A stretch of 64,000 bases of DNA from Squalus acanthias (Eukaryota). Location: contig CM059430.1 of NCBI GenBank assembly GCA_030390025.1, positions 158,968,001-159,032,000 of the forward strand, read 5' to 3'. A model generated the notes under the pieces. The model worked only from the letters and a program-made list of their open reading frames with translations, was not told the origin of the DNA and searched no databases. Position numbers and translations under genes: made by a program. Shown here one piece after another: positions 25,051 through 37,840 of this stretch (position 1 is its first letter; every line of letters begins with the position of its first letter).

Positions 25051-26810
25051 ATACAGCACAGAAGGAGGTCATTTGTCCCATCGAGTCTGTGCCAGCTCTT
25101 TTAAAGTTAGTCCCACTCCCCCTCCCTTTCCCCATATCTCTGCAATTGTTTTCTCCTTCAAGTATGTATCCAATTTCCTTTTCAAAGTTACTATTGACTC
25201 TGTATCACCACCCTATCAGGCAGTGCATTCCAAATCCTAACCACCTGTTGCGTAAAAATGATTTTCCTCATGTCACCTCTGGTTCTTTCACCAATCTCCT
25301 TAAATCTGTGACCTCTGGTTATCGACCCTTCAGCCATTGGAAACAGTTTCTCTTTATTTACTCTATCTAAACCCTTCATGATTTTAAACACCCCTATCAA
25401 ATCTCCTTTTAGCTTCTCTGCTCTAAGGAGAACAACCCCAGCTTCTCCAGACTATTCACATAAATGTATTCCCTCATCCCTGGAACCATTTTAGTAAATC
25501 TCTTCTGTACCCTCTCAAAAGCCTTCACGTTCTTCCTAAAGTGCGGTGCCCAGAATTGGACACAATACTCCAGCTGGGGCTGAACTAGTGTTTTATAAAG
25601 GTTTAGCATAACTTCCTGGCTTTTTTTTACTCTATGCCTCTATTTATAAAGCCCAGGATCCCATATCCTTTATTAATTGCTTTGTTACCTGTCCTGCCAC
25701 CTTCCAAGATTTGTGCACAAACACCCCCAGGTCTCTCTGTTCTTGCACCCCCTTTAAAATTGTACCATTTAGCTTGTACTGTCTCTCCTCATTCTTCCTA
25801 CCAAAATGTGTCACCTCACACTTTTCTGTGTTGAATTGCATCTGCCATGTGTCCACCCATTCCACCAGCCTGTCTATGTCCTCTTGAAGTCTATTGCTAT
25901 GTTCCTCAGTGTTTATTACAATTCCACGTTTCATGTCATCTGCAAATTTCAAAATTGTGCCCTATACCCCCAAGTCCAAATCATTAATGTATATCAAGAA
26001 AAAAATAGTGGTCCTAGTATTGAACCTTGTGGAACACCACTGTATACATTCCTCCAGTCCAAAAACAGCCATTCACCACAACTCTCTGGTTTCTATCCCT
26101 TAGTCAATTTTGTATCCATGCTGCTATTATCCCTTTTATCCCATGGGCTTCAATTTTGCTAACAAGTCAAATATGTGATACTTTTTAAAATGCTTTTTGA
26201 AAGTCCATATGCACAACATCAACTGCACTGCCCTCATTCACCCTCTCTGTTACCTCATCAAAAAACTCAATCAAGTTAGTCAAACACGATTTGTCCTTAA
26301 CAAGTCCATGCTGATTCTTCTTTTTTAGTCCATGCTTGTCCAAATGGCTATTAATTTTCTCCCGGATTATTGTTTCTAAAAGCTTCCCCACCGCCGACGT
26401 TAAACTGACTGGCAGTAATTGTCAGGTTTATCCTTCTCCCCTTTTTTAAACAAGTGTGTAACATTTAAATACTCCAGCCCTTTGGCACCACCCCTGTATC
26501 TAAGGAGGGTTGGAAGATTGTCCCCAGCACCGCCACAATTTCTACCTTTACTTCCCTTAACAACCTAGGATGCATCCCATCGGACCGGGTGACTTACCTA
26601 CTTTAAGTACTGCCATTCTGTCTAGTACCTCCTCTTTATCTATTTTTATATCATCCAGTATCCCTGCAACCTCTTTGTTTACCATAGTTTTGGCAAAGTC
26701 CTCTTCCTTGGTAAACTCCGATGCAAAGTATTCATTTAGAACCTCAGCCATGCCTTCCGTCTCCACCAATAGATCTCCATTTTGTTCCCTAATCGGCCCC
26801 ACAGCTCTTC
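25051..26810 (-). mobile_element. CR1 LINE (third subfamily, tail AATGxCCTCCTTCTGTGCTGTA), decayed
   Basis: ORF fragments 26557-26802, 26185-26391, 25644-25952, 25409-25609 and 25191-25400 are colinear with CR1 ORF2. Confidence 0.92.
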
Positions 26811-26956
26811 CGACAACCTCAAGCTCTATGAACTGCTTTGTTAACCTGTCCTGCCACCTTTAAAGATTTGTGCACAAGCACTCCAGGCCGTTCTCTTCTT
26901 GCACCCCTCTGAATATATTATTCTTGGTTTACTTTCTCTATCCCATTAAATATCTT

Positions 26957-27192
26957 GGGATCAAATTTCCTTGGCCATTCTGCCAAACTGCTGCCATAGG
27001 TGTGGTGGGCATCCAGCAGACTAGCTTGTTAAAATTCCAGGTCTCAAATACACTGACTGCTGCCCTTTGTTGGAAAAAAACACTCAGCCTTGTAAGAGGT
27101 GGAGCCGCTGTCCGCGCCTTCCAGAGCCAGCTACATTAGCGAGGGCAGGACCGGGGCAGTTCAGCATCATTACCCACTGCAAATTCCGGGCC
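26957..27192. mobile_element. Short Harbinger-type MITE
   Basis: Ends GGGATCAAATTT / AAATTCCGGGCC. No clean TSD. Confidence 0.45.
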
Positions 27193-28674
27193 AATATTTG
27201 TGTAGAAAAAGATGAGGGATGTGATGCTGGCATATGGAACCTTTTTTACTTTTGTGCTAAGAAATAGTGCAGATGAATTTAAATTCATGTATGTATGAAT
27301 TGGAAGTTTATCTTTCTCAATCTCTCAATTCATTGAATTCTGGAATGAAAAAGCAGGAGTAAGGAACATGATCAGTGCAAATCACCAACATGCTGCTGAT
27401 GTGATGGGACAGAGAGGACAATTTAAAACAGGAGAAAAATGCTTAAGACACAATAAAGAAAAGCAAATAAGATCTGTTTGCCATTGTTCTACAGAATAGC
27501 TGCATGTGTGATACTGATACTGCCGAGACTAAATCTACCAATTGGAAAACAAGCAAATGAGTGAAGAGTGAACAGCAAAATGGCAGCAATCCAAGTGTCA
27601 AAACAGTTGCCCTTGTGGGATTATGCACAGGATCGATTGTTGTACGGTATTGCAGAGTACAACATTCATACATACCATCCCACTTAGTAACAAGGTGCAA
27701 TTCTCTCTTTGTGAAACAGGCAATCAAAGGCATCAAAACTGCTTATTTTGCTGATCAGAAACTTGCAATGTACTTTACTCCATTGAAAAGGATACCTGCT
27801 AAATGCATACTTCAGAATATGTTTAATACTATTATTTCATTGTGCCCTTTCTGTAAAGTGGATAATATGGAAAATACATTTTAAGTGTATAATTCTTTTA
27901 ATCTGTCAATTCTTTCTCTATATACTAAAGCCTGTTCAATGCATCATACTGGAAGCTCTTTAAGCTCTCTTAAGCCATTCTATTACTTATTCAACTTGTG
28001 CAAACCATCCCAGCTCCATTTTAAAATATGAAATCTAACGCTAATGGCACAAATAAATCTTTATTACACAATGATACATTTTCCATCCAGTGTTCTGAGT
28101 GCATAATTAGCGCAGGATTTACAAACGTCTCATTTAAGAGCTCAAGCAATAACTTGCACTGAATGAGAGATGCTGCTGAAAGTCATGGCTTTACATTATT
28201 GTGCAAAAAAAAGTGCACTTTACATAAATCTACTCATCTTTCAAAAATATGTATTTTTCCTCCCCTGTTTAACGTCATTTATCTCCCCACTGTAAGGTCA
28301 CCACAGAACACAATCGACTTTGCAATCAGAAAGTGTGAGGGAACATACAGTCAGCTCTCTGGGATTAGTCACAAGGGCTGTGGAAGGGTGAGCTGGGCCG
28401 ACTGTTCAGTTGTCCCTTCCAACAAAGCTAACATTGAGGTTTGTCCATGCAGACACCATATTTAAACAGAAATCCAATATGGTTACCCGACTAAATATTA
28501 AAACCGCAACATCCGAAAGCTTTAGGGACCCATTGCTGCAATGTGTTGCAACAATGTCACTTTCACATTTGAAACCCAGACTTTTGGGATGCAAGGCTAC
28601 AATGATAAATAGTGTGGAAAATATGACTGATGTTTACAGTCTACTTGGCTTAAATTGGGCCTCACGTATCTAAT

Positions 28675-28827
28675 GGGGGCAAAGCTTTGCTCTGCAATGC
28701 TATTACCCCTTATGCTCGACTAAAACTGCACCACCACACTAGACAGATTCCAGCGGGCAGAGTATAAAAGAGGCTGCCAATTCCCGAGCGCCTATTTTGC
28801 GCTGACGTCCAGGGCGAATTTCACCAC
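28675..28827. mobile_element. Short (~150 bp) Harbinger-type MITE
   Basis: Ends GGGGGCAAAGCT / GAATTTCACCAC. Right half is similar to 18168-18243. Confidence 0.5.
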
Positions 28828-29144
28828 AGCGTGTGGAAAGTGAAAAGTGGCCCATTCTCCAGCATCAACATCAGCAGCCTGATATTTTTTATTTGCACGC
28901 ACATATTATCAAGAAAAGAAACAAATACAGGGAAAGTTTTGTGGGTAGCTGCAGTTTGTGGGGCAGCAGCAACAGCCCTTGCTACAAAAGCCACTTCGAT
29001 GATTTATGGCCAAAGATTTGCAATATAATCTGTTGTAAGCTATTTCCTCAGTTGTTGCTGTACCAATACCGCAACTGTTCTTTGTATATGTTGAATCTTT
29101 TGTGTATTTGGTGTCATTTTTGTTTTTCATCAGTTGAGTGTCTG

Positions 29145-29312
29145 ACTTGCCCTTTCTGTCCCCGAGGCGCTGACCCCAATTTTAGTATAACAATTGTTTT
29201 CCCAGCTGAGATTACCCAACTCAGCATTGACTAGAAATAAAACCTGGGATCTTTTGATTCATGTAGCCTAGTGCTGGGCAGGGATTTGATCCACTAAGTG
29301 ACCAGAGGAGCT
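29145..29312 (-). mobile_element. AmnSINE2-like SINE, 5' head
   Basis: cagctgagattacccaactcagca...aaacctgggatc...atccactaagtgaccagaggagc is the reverse complement of a tRNA-like head. Confidence 0.55.
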
Positions 29313-29861
29313 ACAAGCGTTTTTTTTTTGCTGGCATTTTACACGACACAGTACACAAGTCATTTTTTGCACTTCATGGTGCCATTATACCATGTAGACT
29401 TAATATCTGAATCGTCAAATCTGCAGTATTCCAAGTCACTGTTGATGATTGACCAGACAGGCTGGCTCATTGATGGGCAGATCTCTAATTGGGGCAAGGA
29501 TCTTACCACTTATCTCCAGATAACCTTGCAAGCCAATGCTAATGGATAGGGCAGCATTAGCTGGATAACTAGCAGAAAGCAGAGTAGTGTTCTGTGTTGG
29601 TAAGCTGCACAGTTTTATCTGGCTAAACTACAGTAGTGCTCTTGTGCATGGTGTGTATGTCATATCACATGCAATTGGAAACGCTATATGAATTTCAAAA
29701 TAGTTTTGTCTCAAAATATGATGATACTGAGGTATCAAGTCGTCATGGGTGTCAGGATGATGCCATGAATTGTAAAACACATGTAGTGCATTGCTAGCTG
29801 TTGTGTAAAATGGCAACAAAAAATACTTAGAACGTCTGTAGTAGTTTAATGGATAAAGAGA

Positions 29862-30105
29862 TCTCACCCCTGATCATTATCCATCAACTCTTGCTGGAAC
29901 TGCAAATCCATAGCTGTTGGGCATGGTCTGAATTGGGTAAAGATCTGATGCCCCCATGGTTGAATAACCCACTGAAACTCACTGTAATGGCTTGCACAGG
30001 AGCAATAGCTACCTGCTGGAGGTGCTAGAGGGTGACAAGCTTATTCCAGCAAGGAGCCAACACCTTACGGAAGGCAAAGGAAAGGAGAGAAAATTGGTTA
30101 GAAAA
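29862..30105 (+). mobile_element. AmnSINE2-like SINE, 3' part
   Basis: cctgatcattatcca...tgctggaa...tgatgcccccatggttgaataac...actcactgt...ggagagaaaattgg. Confidence 0.55.
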
Positions 30106-30225
30106 AATAATATTCCTTTAAATAGCTTTTAAAAACCAATTAGGTCTACACACCATTTGCAGTTTCAAGTCTGATTCCTACCATTACATCATATTTCCGC
30201 ATCCACAATTACACCAATAGACTTG

Positions 30226-30849
30226 CGGCCTGATTTTAACTCCAGGCCAGTGTTTCCATGGGTGAGTCGTGGTGCTAGTTAGAAACTTACCCACAGCTCT
30301 AGAAATGAGGCCTGAGGTATTTAAATGCCACCGGCCGACTTCCCACCCATTCTCACTGGGGATTCAGCGGGAAGTGGTGGAAAATTCTGCGGCTTGTAGG
30401 CCGCCTACAGAGTCCAGGTAGGTGGAGTGGTCAGCTGCCGGGGATATCTCACGATTGGTATGGGGGGATGCTGGGAAACCTAAGTTTGCCTTGTGGGGCC
30501 TGGAGGAACAGTCCTGTTCCGCTTGGCCCCACAAGGAAAGTAAAAAAAAAAAATTGAAAAAAATGTAACTTATTGGGCCGCCTCTTCCCAGCTAGGATGG
30601 CCTGCCAGCAAACTCACTGCGGCTTCCCACTCAGGCTGCCAGGTCCCGAGAATGTCACTGGGACTCGACGTGCATGTGAGAAAAAGGGATCCCGCCGGCT
30701 TTGTGAAGGTGTCCTTCTCGCCTGCTCAGTTGAGCAGGTTAAAATGGGGCAATGTTCCTGGCATCTCCAAGGTAGGTAAGTAAACTTGGGACTTTAACTG
30801 CCCATCCACCCACGCTTTTTATTGGGCAGGTAGGGTTAAAATTGGCCTT
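30226..30849. mobile_element. Harbinger-type MITE
   Basis: Ends GGCCTGATTTTAAC / GTTAAAATTGGCC, and an internal motif ggaggaacagtcctgttccgcttggccccac similar to those at 2272 and 20013. Confidence 0.65.
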
Positions 30850-31025
30850 CGTTTTCAAAAACTTAGGCAAGAGCAGGGAGGAAATTATGTTGCAGCTTCC
30901 CTTGCCACCAGCATTAAAATCACCACCATATAATTTCAAGCAATTATTCAAGTCAACAATTTTATTTTTAATTCAGTTCATCTTTAATGCAAGACAAAAT
31001 ATTGGATCATAGATCAGATATATTT

Positions 31026-31395
31026 GGAAAGACCTGATGATGCAGTGGGTAAAACATTGCTCTTCCAACATTTAGGACTGGAGTTCAAATCAGCCCAAAA
31101 TGATGGAATGAAGATGCCTGCTAGCTGTAAGGTCTTTAAGTGAAATGAATTCAGGCAGTCTCAATACAAATCCTCATGGGCATGAGCCCACAGCACAACA
31201 ATGGTACTAAATGATAATCTTGCTCAGATGAGCCACAGGCTAACTGATATGAAAGAGGGGGCACTTTCTGAGATTGGGGCTAAGGCCCCTTGTTGATGCA
31301 ACTTTACTCCAAATATAAATGCTGCTTTGCCTGACTTGGGACTAATTGATGTTGACATTGAGGGCCTGAAATGGAAAATGTTCCATTCCCTGGCT
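31026..31395 (+). mobile_element. LF-SINE-like tRNA-derived SINE
   Basis: A-box-like TGATGCAGTGG, B-box GAGTTCAAATC, then cagccca...gtgaaatgaatt..gcagtctca...aatggtactaaatg in the order recalled for LF-SINE. Confidence 0.55.
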
Positions 31396-31825
31396 CTAAT
31401 ATTTTTATCACGATAAGCACAAAAAAACATACATAGCAGAACAAAAGCAGCAATTACCATTTTATTTTATCATCAATGTATATCAGCTTCACTGTCTTCA
31501 GCAGCAATTAATTTTCATTTCTTTATGTAAAATTACCAAAACCTCATTTTTATATATTTAGAAGCTTCTTTGTGTAAACTAACCAAACTACCCTGAAATA
31601 TGACAAACACAAAATGTATGTGAAACACTCTAGGGTTTAATTTCCTGTATGTACTATTTTTAGCCCATTGGTTAACCCGCTTACAATAATTCCTAATCCT
31701 TCTTCTCACATCCCACTTCCCCCTCATCCCACAATCTCTTCTCACTGCTGATGGTGCAAGCATGCACATCTTGCTTCCCCCCCTCCTCTCACCACAACCC
31801 GACCCTTGTGCCGTTCTCCTTTCAG

Positions 31826-32890
31826 GTACCCAAGAACTCCCAGCAGTCCAGCCAGTGCAGGAAGAACTAGAGAAGGAGAGTGATGGAGAAGAGGCACCAT
31901 CACTCGCTCCGACACTCCCAGGCACCAGCTCAGAAAATGGCACTGTGCAAACTTTAGAGGGTAGTATAGAGGTGGTATCTGCACGTGATGAGTCAACGGG
32001 CACATGTGGACTGCAGCCAGGTAAGGGGGAAATGGTAGCGTATGTGCCAGCTCCCCAGAGGGTGAGTTCACACACGAGTTCTGCTGCACAGGACTCAGAT
32101 GAGGACTTCGATTGGGGCAGCCTTCAGAAGAAGGGTGATGGACATGCACACAGAACTGCTTGGTGCAATGGCAGGCCTGCCAGAGGGGCATGGAGGAGTC
32201 CAGCTCCAATATTGTACATGGCTTTGCGCGTAGCTTGGAGCCCATGATTTCCAGGATGGAAGTGATGGGGACCTCCATTAGAGCACTTGTGGAACCAATC
32301 ATGATGCTGGGTGTGATGGGCGATGTTGCAGCTTCCATTGCAGCACAAGCGGAAGTGACCCAACGTCTGAGTGCTGCAGTGGAAGCTCAGACATCTGCTA
32401 TGCAGGCTCAGCTTGCTGGCATGGAAGCTCAGACTGCTGCCATTGTGGCTGGATTTACGAGTGTGGAAAGGGGCTTGAAGGGTCTCACAGCAGTCCAGCA
32501 ATCTGTGCACCAACCGATGGCTAGGAATGCTGAGGCGCCGCCCTGAGGCAGTGTCCATGTGGAGCAGGAACCTGCTGTCCTCTCTCAGGATGACAGCATT
32601 CGTACTCCCACCACTGTCACGCCGTCAGTGCCCTTACTGTTGCCTGTCAGCCAACCAGCCCAAACTGCTGCACGCCCATGCAAAGGTTGTGCGGTCTATA
32701 GCCGGGCTTTCTCGGCCAAAAGCTGCTCAAGGTCATCCTGCAAGGCCATTTGCAGTGTTCCCCACAGAAAGTCAGCAGCCTTCCACCAGCCATGCTGCAG
32801 CCACCGTGGTAACACTGCGTAGGAGCACTAGAATAGAAAAAACAACACGAAGGACAGACAATAAGGGAATGCACAAGGTTGATAAGTTGA
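31826..32890 (+). pseudogene. Harbinger Myb/SANT-like partner protein, last exon, frameshifted
   Basis: Acceptor ttctcctttcag at 31825. Motifs AAQDSDED, MGDVAASIAAQ and EQEPAVLSQDDS are shared with 62949-63908. Confidence 0.8.
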
Positions 32891-33054
32891 CTTTGTTATG
32901 TAAGATTCAAAATAATAATTTATAAATTATGTTTGGAATGTTTGTTTTGTGGTGGCTCTCATTTTAACCTTGTGCCAGGGGGGACGCTGTGATGTTCCGT
33001 GACAGAGGATGGTAAGATAGCGAAGTGGTGAGCAACGGGGATCTGGGGTTTCAT

Positions 33055-34160
33055 TCACTGGAACTGGAGTCTGATGAGGTGCTCACGGACAGCCCGTCTG
33101 GAATGGGGATTTTCTGCAAGCCTCCTCCCTTCCTCCGCCTCCTCCTCCTGAGGTGCTCGCGGAACCCGTGGTGGCAAGGGCTGCACCCTCATGATGGCCA
33201 AGTTGTGGAGGATGCAGCAGACCACCATGAAATGGGACACCCGCTCCAGCGTGCACTGGAGGGCTCCTCCTGAGTGGTCAAGGCAGCGGAACCATTGCTT
33301 GAGCATTCCGATGAGGTTCCCCATGGCAGCATGTCTGTCATCATATGATTGCTGGCCACGAGTGGTGGGGTTGCGGAGGGGAGTCATCAGCCAGATGTAG
33401 AGCGGATAGCCCTCGTCTCTGAGCAGCCACCCTCGGGTTCGACGTAGTGGCTGAAAGACTGCTGGCACAGCGGACTAGCGCAGGATGAAGGCATCATGAC
33501 TGCTGCCAGGATACCAGGCATTCACCATCATGATGTGCTGGGCATGGTCGCACACCAGCTGCTCATTCAGTGAGTGGGAGCCTTTGCGGTTGCGGTACAG
33601 CTCAGGATTGATATGCAGCGCCCGCAAAGCCACGTGTGTGCAGTTGATGGCACACTGCACCATGGGGAAGTCCGATATCCTGGCTAAGCCATGTGCGCGC
33701 TCCTCCTGCTTCTCCCTGTTCAGAGATAAGACAATGAAGTCCCTTCTCCTGGAGTACAGCGCCTCTGTGACCTCCCGGATGCAGCGATGGACGGTGAACT
33801 GGGTGTTGTTCGCTACATCGCCTGGTCCAGCCTGGAAGGATCCGGTGGTGAAAAATTCAGGACCACGGTCACCTTGAGGGCCACTGGTAGCGCCGTCATC
33901 ACGCTGCTCTGAGGCTGCAGGTCTGGTTCCAAGAGGTGGCAGAGTTCTGTGACCACCTCCTTGGTGAAGCAGAGCCTCTTAATACACTGCTTCTGGCTTA
34001 AGTGCAGGTAGGAGAAGCGCTCCCTGAAGACCTTGGGTGGGTAAGGCCTCCTGCTGAGAGCCCTCCTCCCCCTCCCTCTGTGAGCAGCTTGTCTTTGCTG
34101 CCTCTGATCCATCTCCCTGGCATGCTGCAGCGCGAGGGGAACTGCGAGTAGAGCCGCCAT
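33055..34160 (-). pseudogene. Harbinger transposase (HARBI1-like DDE_Tnp_4 nuclease), disrupted
   Basis: ALPVALKVTVVLNF / AINCTHVAL / NRKGSHSLNEQLVCD / YPGSSHDAFIL / WLLRDEGYPL / CCILHNLA. There is a frameshift, a stop at about 33475, and the first catalytic Asp appears as Asn. Confidence 0.92.
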
Positions 34161-34583
34161 GACTGGGAGCAAGTGGTGTAGTCAGAGGCCTTCCTTTAAA
34201 AGCCAATGCCTTCCCAAAATCCAGCACCACTCCCTGCACTCTTTCCCAACTTATTGAATGTCTTACAGCAAGGAACTACTCAAATAAACTGTACAGGAAC
34301 CAGTACAAAACTAAAAAGCAACTTATCTCAAAGTTGGCTGTATCCCTTTAAACTGGTGCCGGGAGGCGGGGGGCGGGGGGGGTGGGGGGGGGTCCCTCCT
34401 GCAGCTGAGCACACGTTCAGCTGTGCGTGTTTAGGAGAGGGCATACAGTGGACCTGCGATGTCCAAAATGGTAGGTCATGCGTCAAATCAGCGTTGCACA
34501 CTGATTGATGTCACGATCTGCCTCATTTGCATTCTTCCGCCGCACGCAGGCAATGGCCGAGCTAGCAACCTGCCCAAAATGGC

Positions 34584-35646
34584 ACAGAAACATAGAAACA
34601 TAGAAGATAGGAGCAGGAGTAGGCCATTCGGCCCCTCGAGCCTGCTCCGCCATTCGATGAGATCATGGCAGTTCATCCAAACTCAGTACCCTCTCCCTGC
34701 CTTCTCCCCATATCCCTTGATACCTTTAGCCTTAAGAAATATATCTAACTCCTTCCTGAACATATTTACTGACTTGGCCTCAACTGCCTTCTGTGGTAGA
34801 GAATTCCACAGGTTCACCACTCTCTGGGTGAAGAAATTCCTCCTCATCTCTGTCCTAAATGGCTTACCCCTTATCTTTAGACTGTAACCTCTTGTTCTGG
34901 ACTCACCCGCCATCGGGAACATCCTTCCTGCATCCAGTCTGTCTAGCCCTGTTAGAATTTTATAAGTTTCAATGAGATCTCCTCTCATTCTTCTAAACTC
35001 CAGCGAGTATAAGCCCAATCGACCCAATCTCTCCTCGTACGTCATTCCTGCCATCCCAGGTATCAGTCTGGTGAATCTTCGCTGCACTCCCTCCATGGCA
35101 AGAACATCCTTCCTCAGATAAGGCGACCAAAACTGCACACAATACTCAAGGTGTGGTCTCATCAAGGCCCTGTACAGCTGCAGCAAGACGTCCTTGTTCC
35201 TGTACTCAAACCCTCTCGCTACGAAGGCCAACATACCATTTGCCTTCTTAACCGCCTGCTGTACCTGCATGCTTACCTTCAGCGACTGGTGCACAAGGAC
35301 ACCCAGGTCTCGTTGCACTTCCCCTTCTCCCAATCTATTGCCGTTCAGATAATAATCTGCCTTTCTGTTTTTGCCACCAAAGTGGATAACCTCGCATTTA
35401 TCCACATTATACTGCATCTGCCATGCTTCTGCCCAATCACCCAACCTGTCCAAATCATACTGGAGTTTCTCGGCATCCTCCTCGAAGCACACACGCCCAC
35501 CCAGCTTTGTGTCATCTGCAAACTTGGAGATATTACATCTAGTTCCCTCGTCTAGATCATTAATATATATAGTGAATAGCTGGGGTCCTAGCACCGATCC
35601 CTGCGGTACCCCACTAGTCACTGCCTGCCACTTGGAAAAAGACCCG
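34584..35646 (-). mobile_element. Young 5'-truncated CR1 inserted in the Harbinger arm
   Basis: Uninterrupted 312-aa ORF 34683-35621 (SGVPQGSVLGP...FADD...GIKGYG) and a (TTTCTATG)n tail. Confidence 0.97.
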
Positions 35647-37147
35647 AGCCCATGCCAGAAGTGGGCAGAAGCAAGGCGGCCGCCTTTTTTTTGCCGAAAC
35701 CGGCCTTAACTGCCGGCTCTAAGGTGCCGAATTTTGCGGCTTGCATTCTTTGTCTACATTAAGTATTCATGACCAACATTTACATAGCACAATATTGCTA
35801 ATGTACTGTGTACAACCATATGGCCATGCTGCAAATAGAATCTGAAATTATTGCACCAGCGAGACATTGTAATTCCTTTTGAAAAATATAACTGCCCTGA
35901 GTGGTTACTACAGCAATGTGTTTTATTCTGACGCCGTAGATGTATGTTTTATTGCAGCAGTGTTTCTTGTAAAGCAGATGGAAACAATTATTTACTACTA
36001 GGGCACGCTTTCTTTTAACAATAGTCACGGGCTTCTGTGGCCATTTATTCAGAGCAAGCAGAGCTAACTGGGACTCTACCACAGCTGGAGCTCGTCCCTC
36101 TGGCTATATTGGAGGTGATGGAGTTGAAGCAGTGTCTGTCCTTTGTCTGCCTCAGTGGTCTTATCCAAACACATACAACAGCTGTTTTCTCACCTTTGCT
36201 GGTCGCTTGTTTATGTTTCGCTCCACTGAATGGATTTTATAATGAGGTGATTTGAAGAATATTCACTCAAGTCCCATTTGGGTGATTTAAAAATTTTTTT
36301 TTTTATTAAAGCTGGTATCATTTATCCTGCATTGTTACTAAAGGGAAACCGGGGGCATGCAACTTTATTTCTCTATTAACAACACAAGCGCATGTCCAGC
36401 GCCCAAATGTTAAGCCATTCTCAGAACTGATTGCATGTTTAGAAACTGCTTCTCAAACAGCAGCCGGATGCAAAATAAAAAATGATTTTAGTATGTAAAG
36501 ATTGCGTCAGAGCAATGTACACACAGGTAAGTGTGCCAGCCAGTCCCGCGGAGCAGTGCAATCATTACTGGAAATAATGCAAACAAGATTGATTCATCTC
36601 TGTTGTCTTAATAAAGCCACAGTATCTGTTTTCCAACAAATTCACATGTCAATATTAAGTCAATTCATTATATTCAAAATCAACCAACTACACATTTCTG
36701 CATGCTCAAACTCGTTTAGAAGCCGGTCCATCATTATTACTGCAATGAAATCCATCTTAAAAGAAAAATTCTAACAATAAAATGATTAGAGCGTTTCAAA
36801 TAAAAAGAAAATACACTTCTATTTTTTATTACCAATTTCAAGCTAGACCACAAAGCTTTTGGGATGGGGTGTGGGGAGGAGGAAGCAAGAGAAGGATTGA
36901 GCAACATAGCAATGCAAAGCTTCAAAGTCTAAGCATTGATCGTCTTGCTCTTCATGTATAAATCATACAAAAAGAACGGTGTGACAAGACCATCAATGCT
37001 TGCACCATCCAATCGATACAACTCCTAGCAAGGCAAAAAATGGGGAAAAATTGTGGACACTCCAGCAAAATCTATGTGAAAGTGCTTCTTGACCCTATAA
37101 GGGGCATTGATAATTGGTCTGCTTTAATTGCTTTGCTTTACCTAGCG

Positions 37148-37705
37148 CTTCTGAGGCCGAGTGGTAAAGGCACTAAGCCGTACAGAGCAGAAGGTCTAAG
37201 GTTTGGTACCTGGTCCATGCAAAGTTAGCTCTCGTTATCCAGAATGTTCCCGCTAAGCTGCGCGGCCGTGCAACGGTCCGGAAGCCCCACGCAGGTCGCT
37301 CACCGGCTTCACAATGGAAATAACCGCGCATGCGCAAAAATTTGAATGGGCCGCACAGCCAATTAAAAGGCCCGTGCATCAAAAGAAAATACAGGGAACA
37401 TTGGACTTCGGAGTGGTGGAATTGGCCTCAGAGCCCCCCGGAATAGGGAGGGGAAATTAGACAAGAGTCCTATTGCTGAATGTTATCCAGTGACCTCTTC
37501 TGGAAAGTACAAGTGTGTAAATGTTGGGCAAAATTCGGATTCTGCTCAACTGGGGTGCTTTCAATGGGTGAATACCTTCCTGCAGTTACCATCGAAGCAA
37601 CAGATGAAGAATGGCCACTTGGAAAAGAAGCTCAGAGGGCTGTGGGCGCCCAGGAATCCGTAGCCCAGAATTGCCTTCAGGAGAAGAAGGGAGAAAATGG
37701 GTGGA
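37148..37705 (+). mobile_element. AmnSINE2-like SINE, near full length, interrupted by a MITE
   Basis: Head ggccgagtggtaaaggcactaagccgtacaga...gaaggtc, body aattggcctcag...tatccagtgacc...gaagaatggccacttgg, tail gccttcaggagaagaagggagaaaat. Confidence 0.7.
37242..37403. mobile_element. Small hAT-like MITE
   Basis: TIRs (g)AATGTTCCC / GGGAACATT(g) and a CpG-rich interior. No TSD visible, so the superfamily call is tentative. Confidence 0.55.
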
Positions 37706-37769
37706 TTTCTGGGCAAATTTTCACCTATTTTCCTTTCTTGATGATACTGACCCAATGAGGAAACCTGAT

Positions 37770-37840
37770 TTTTTTTCTCTCTCTGGATAGATGCTGACGG
37801 ATCAGCATTGTGAATTTCTAGAATTTTCCATTTTTACTTT
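37770..37840 (+). mobile_element. Penelope-like end fragment
   Basis: ctctctggatagatgctgac...gaatttctagaattttccattttta resembles the reverse complement of 38780-38840. Confidence 0.45.

Larger units (their letters stand above)
31692..35741. mobile_element. PIF/Harbinger transposon, autonomous-type remnant, left end missing, interrupted by a CR1
   Basis: Convergent Myb-protein last exon (+) and HARBI1-like nuclease (-). The GC-rich arm resumes at 35647 and ends GAATTTTGCGGC at about 35740. Confidence 0.88.

Noticed and set aside
28340-28430. H/ACA snoRNA
   Set aside because: One hairpin followed by ACA is present, but there is no H box and no convincing first hairpin.
33055-34160. Host HARBI1 gene
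   Set aside because: It has a frameshift, a stop codon and altered catalytic residues, and lies in a TIR-bounded element with a Myb partner. It is a transposon copy, so no gene symbol is given.
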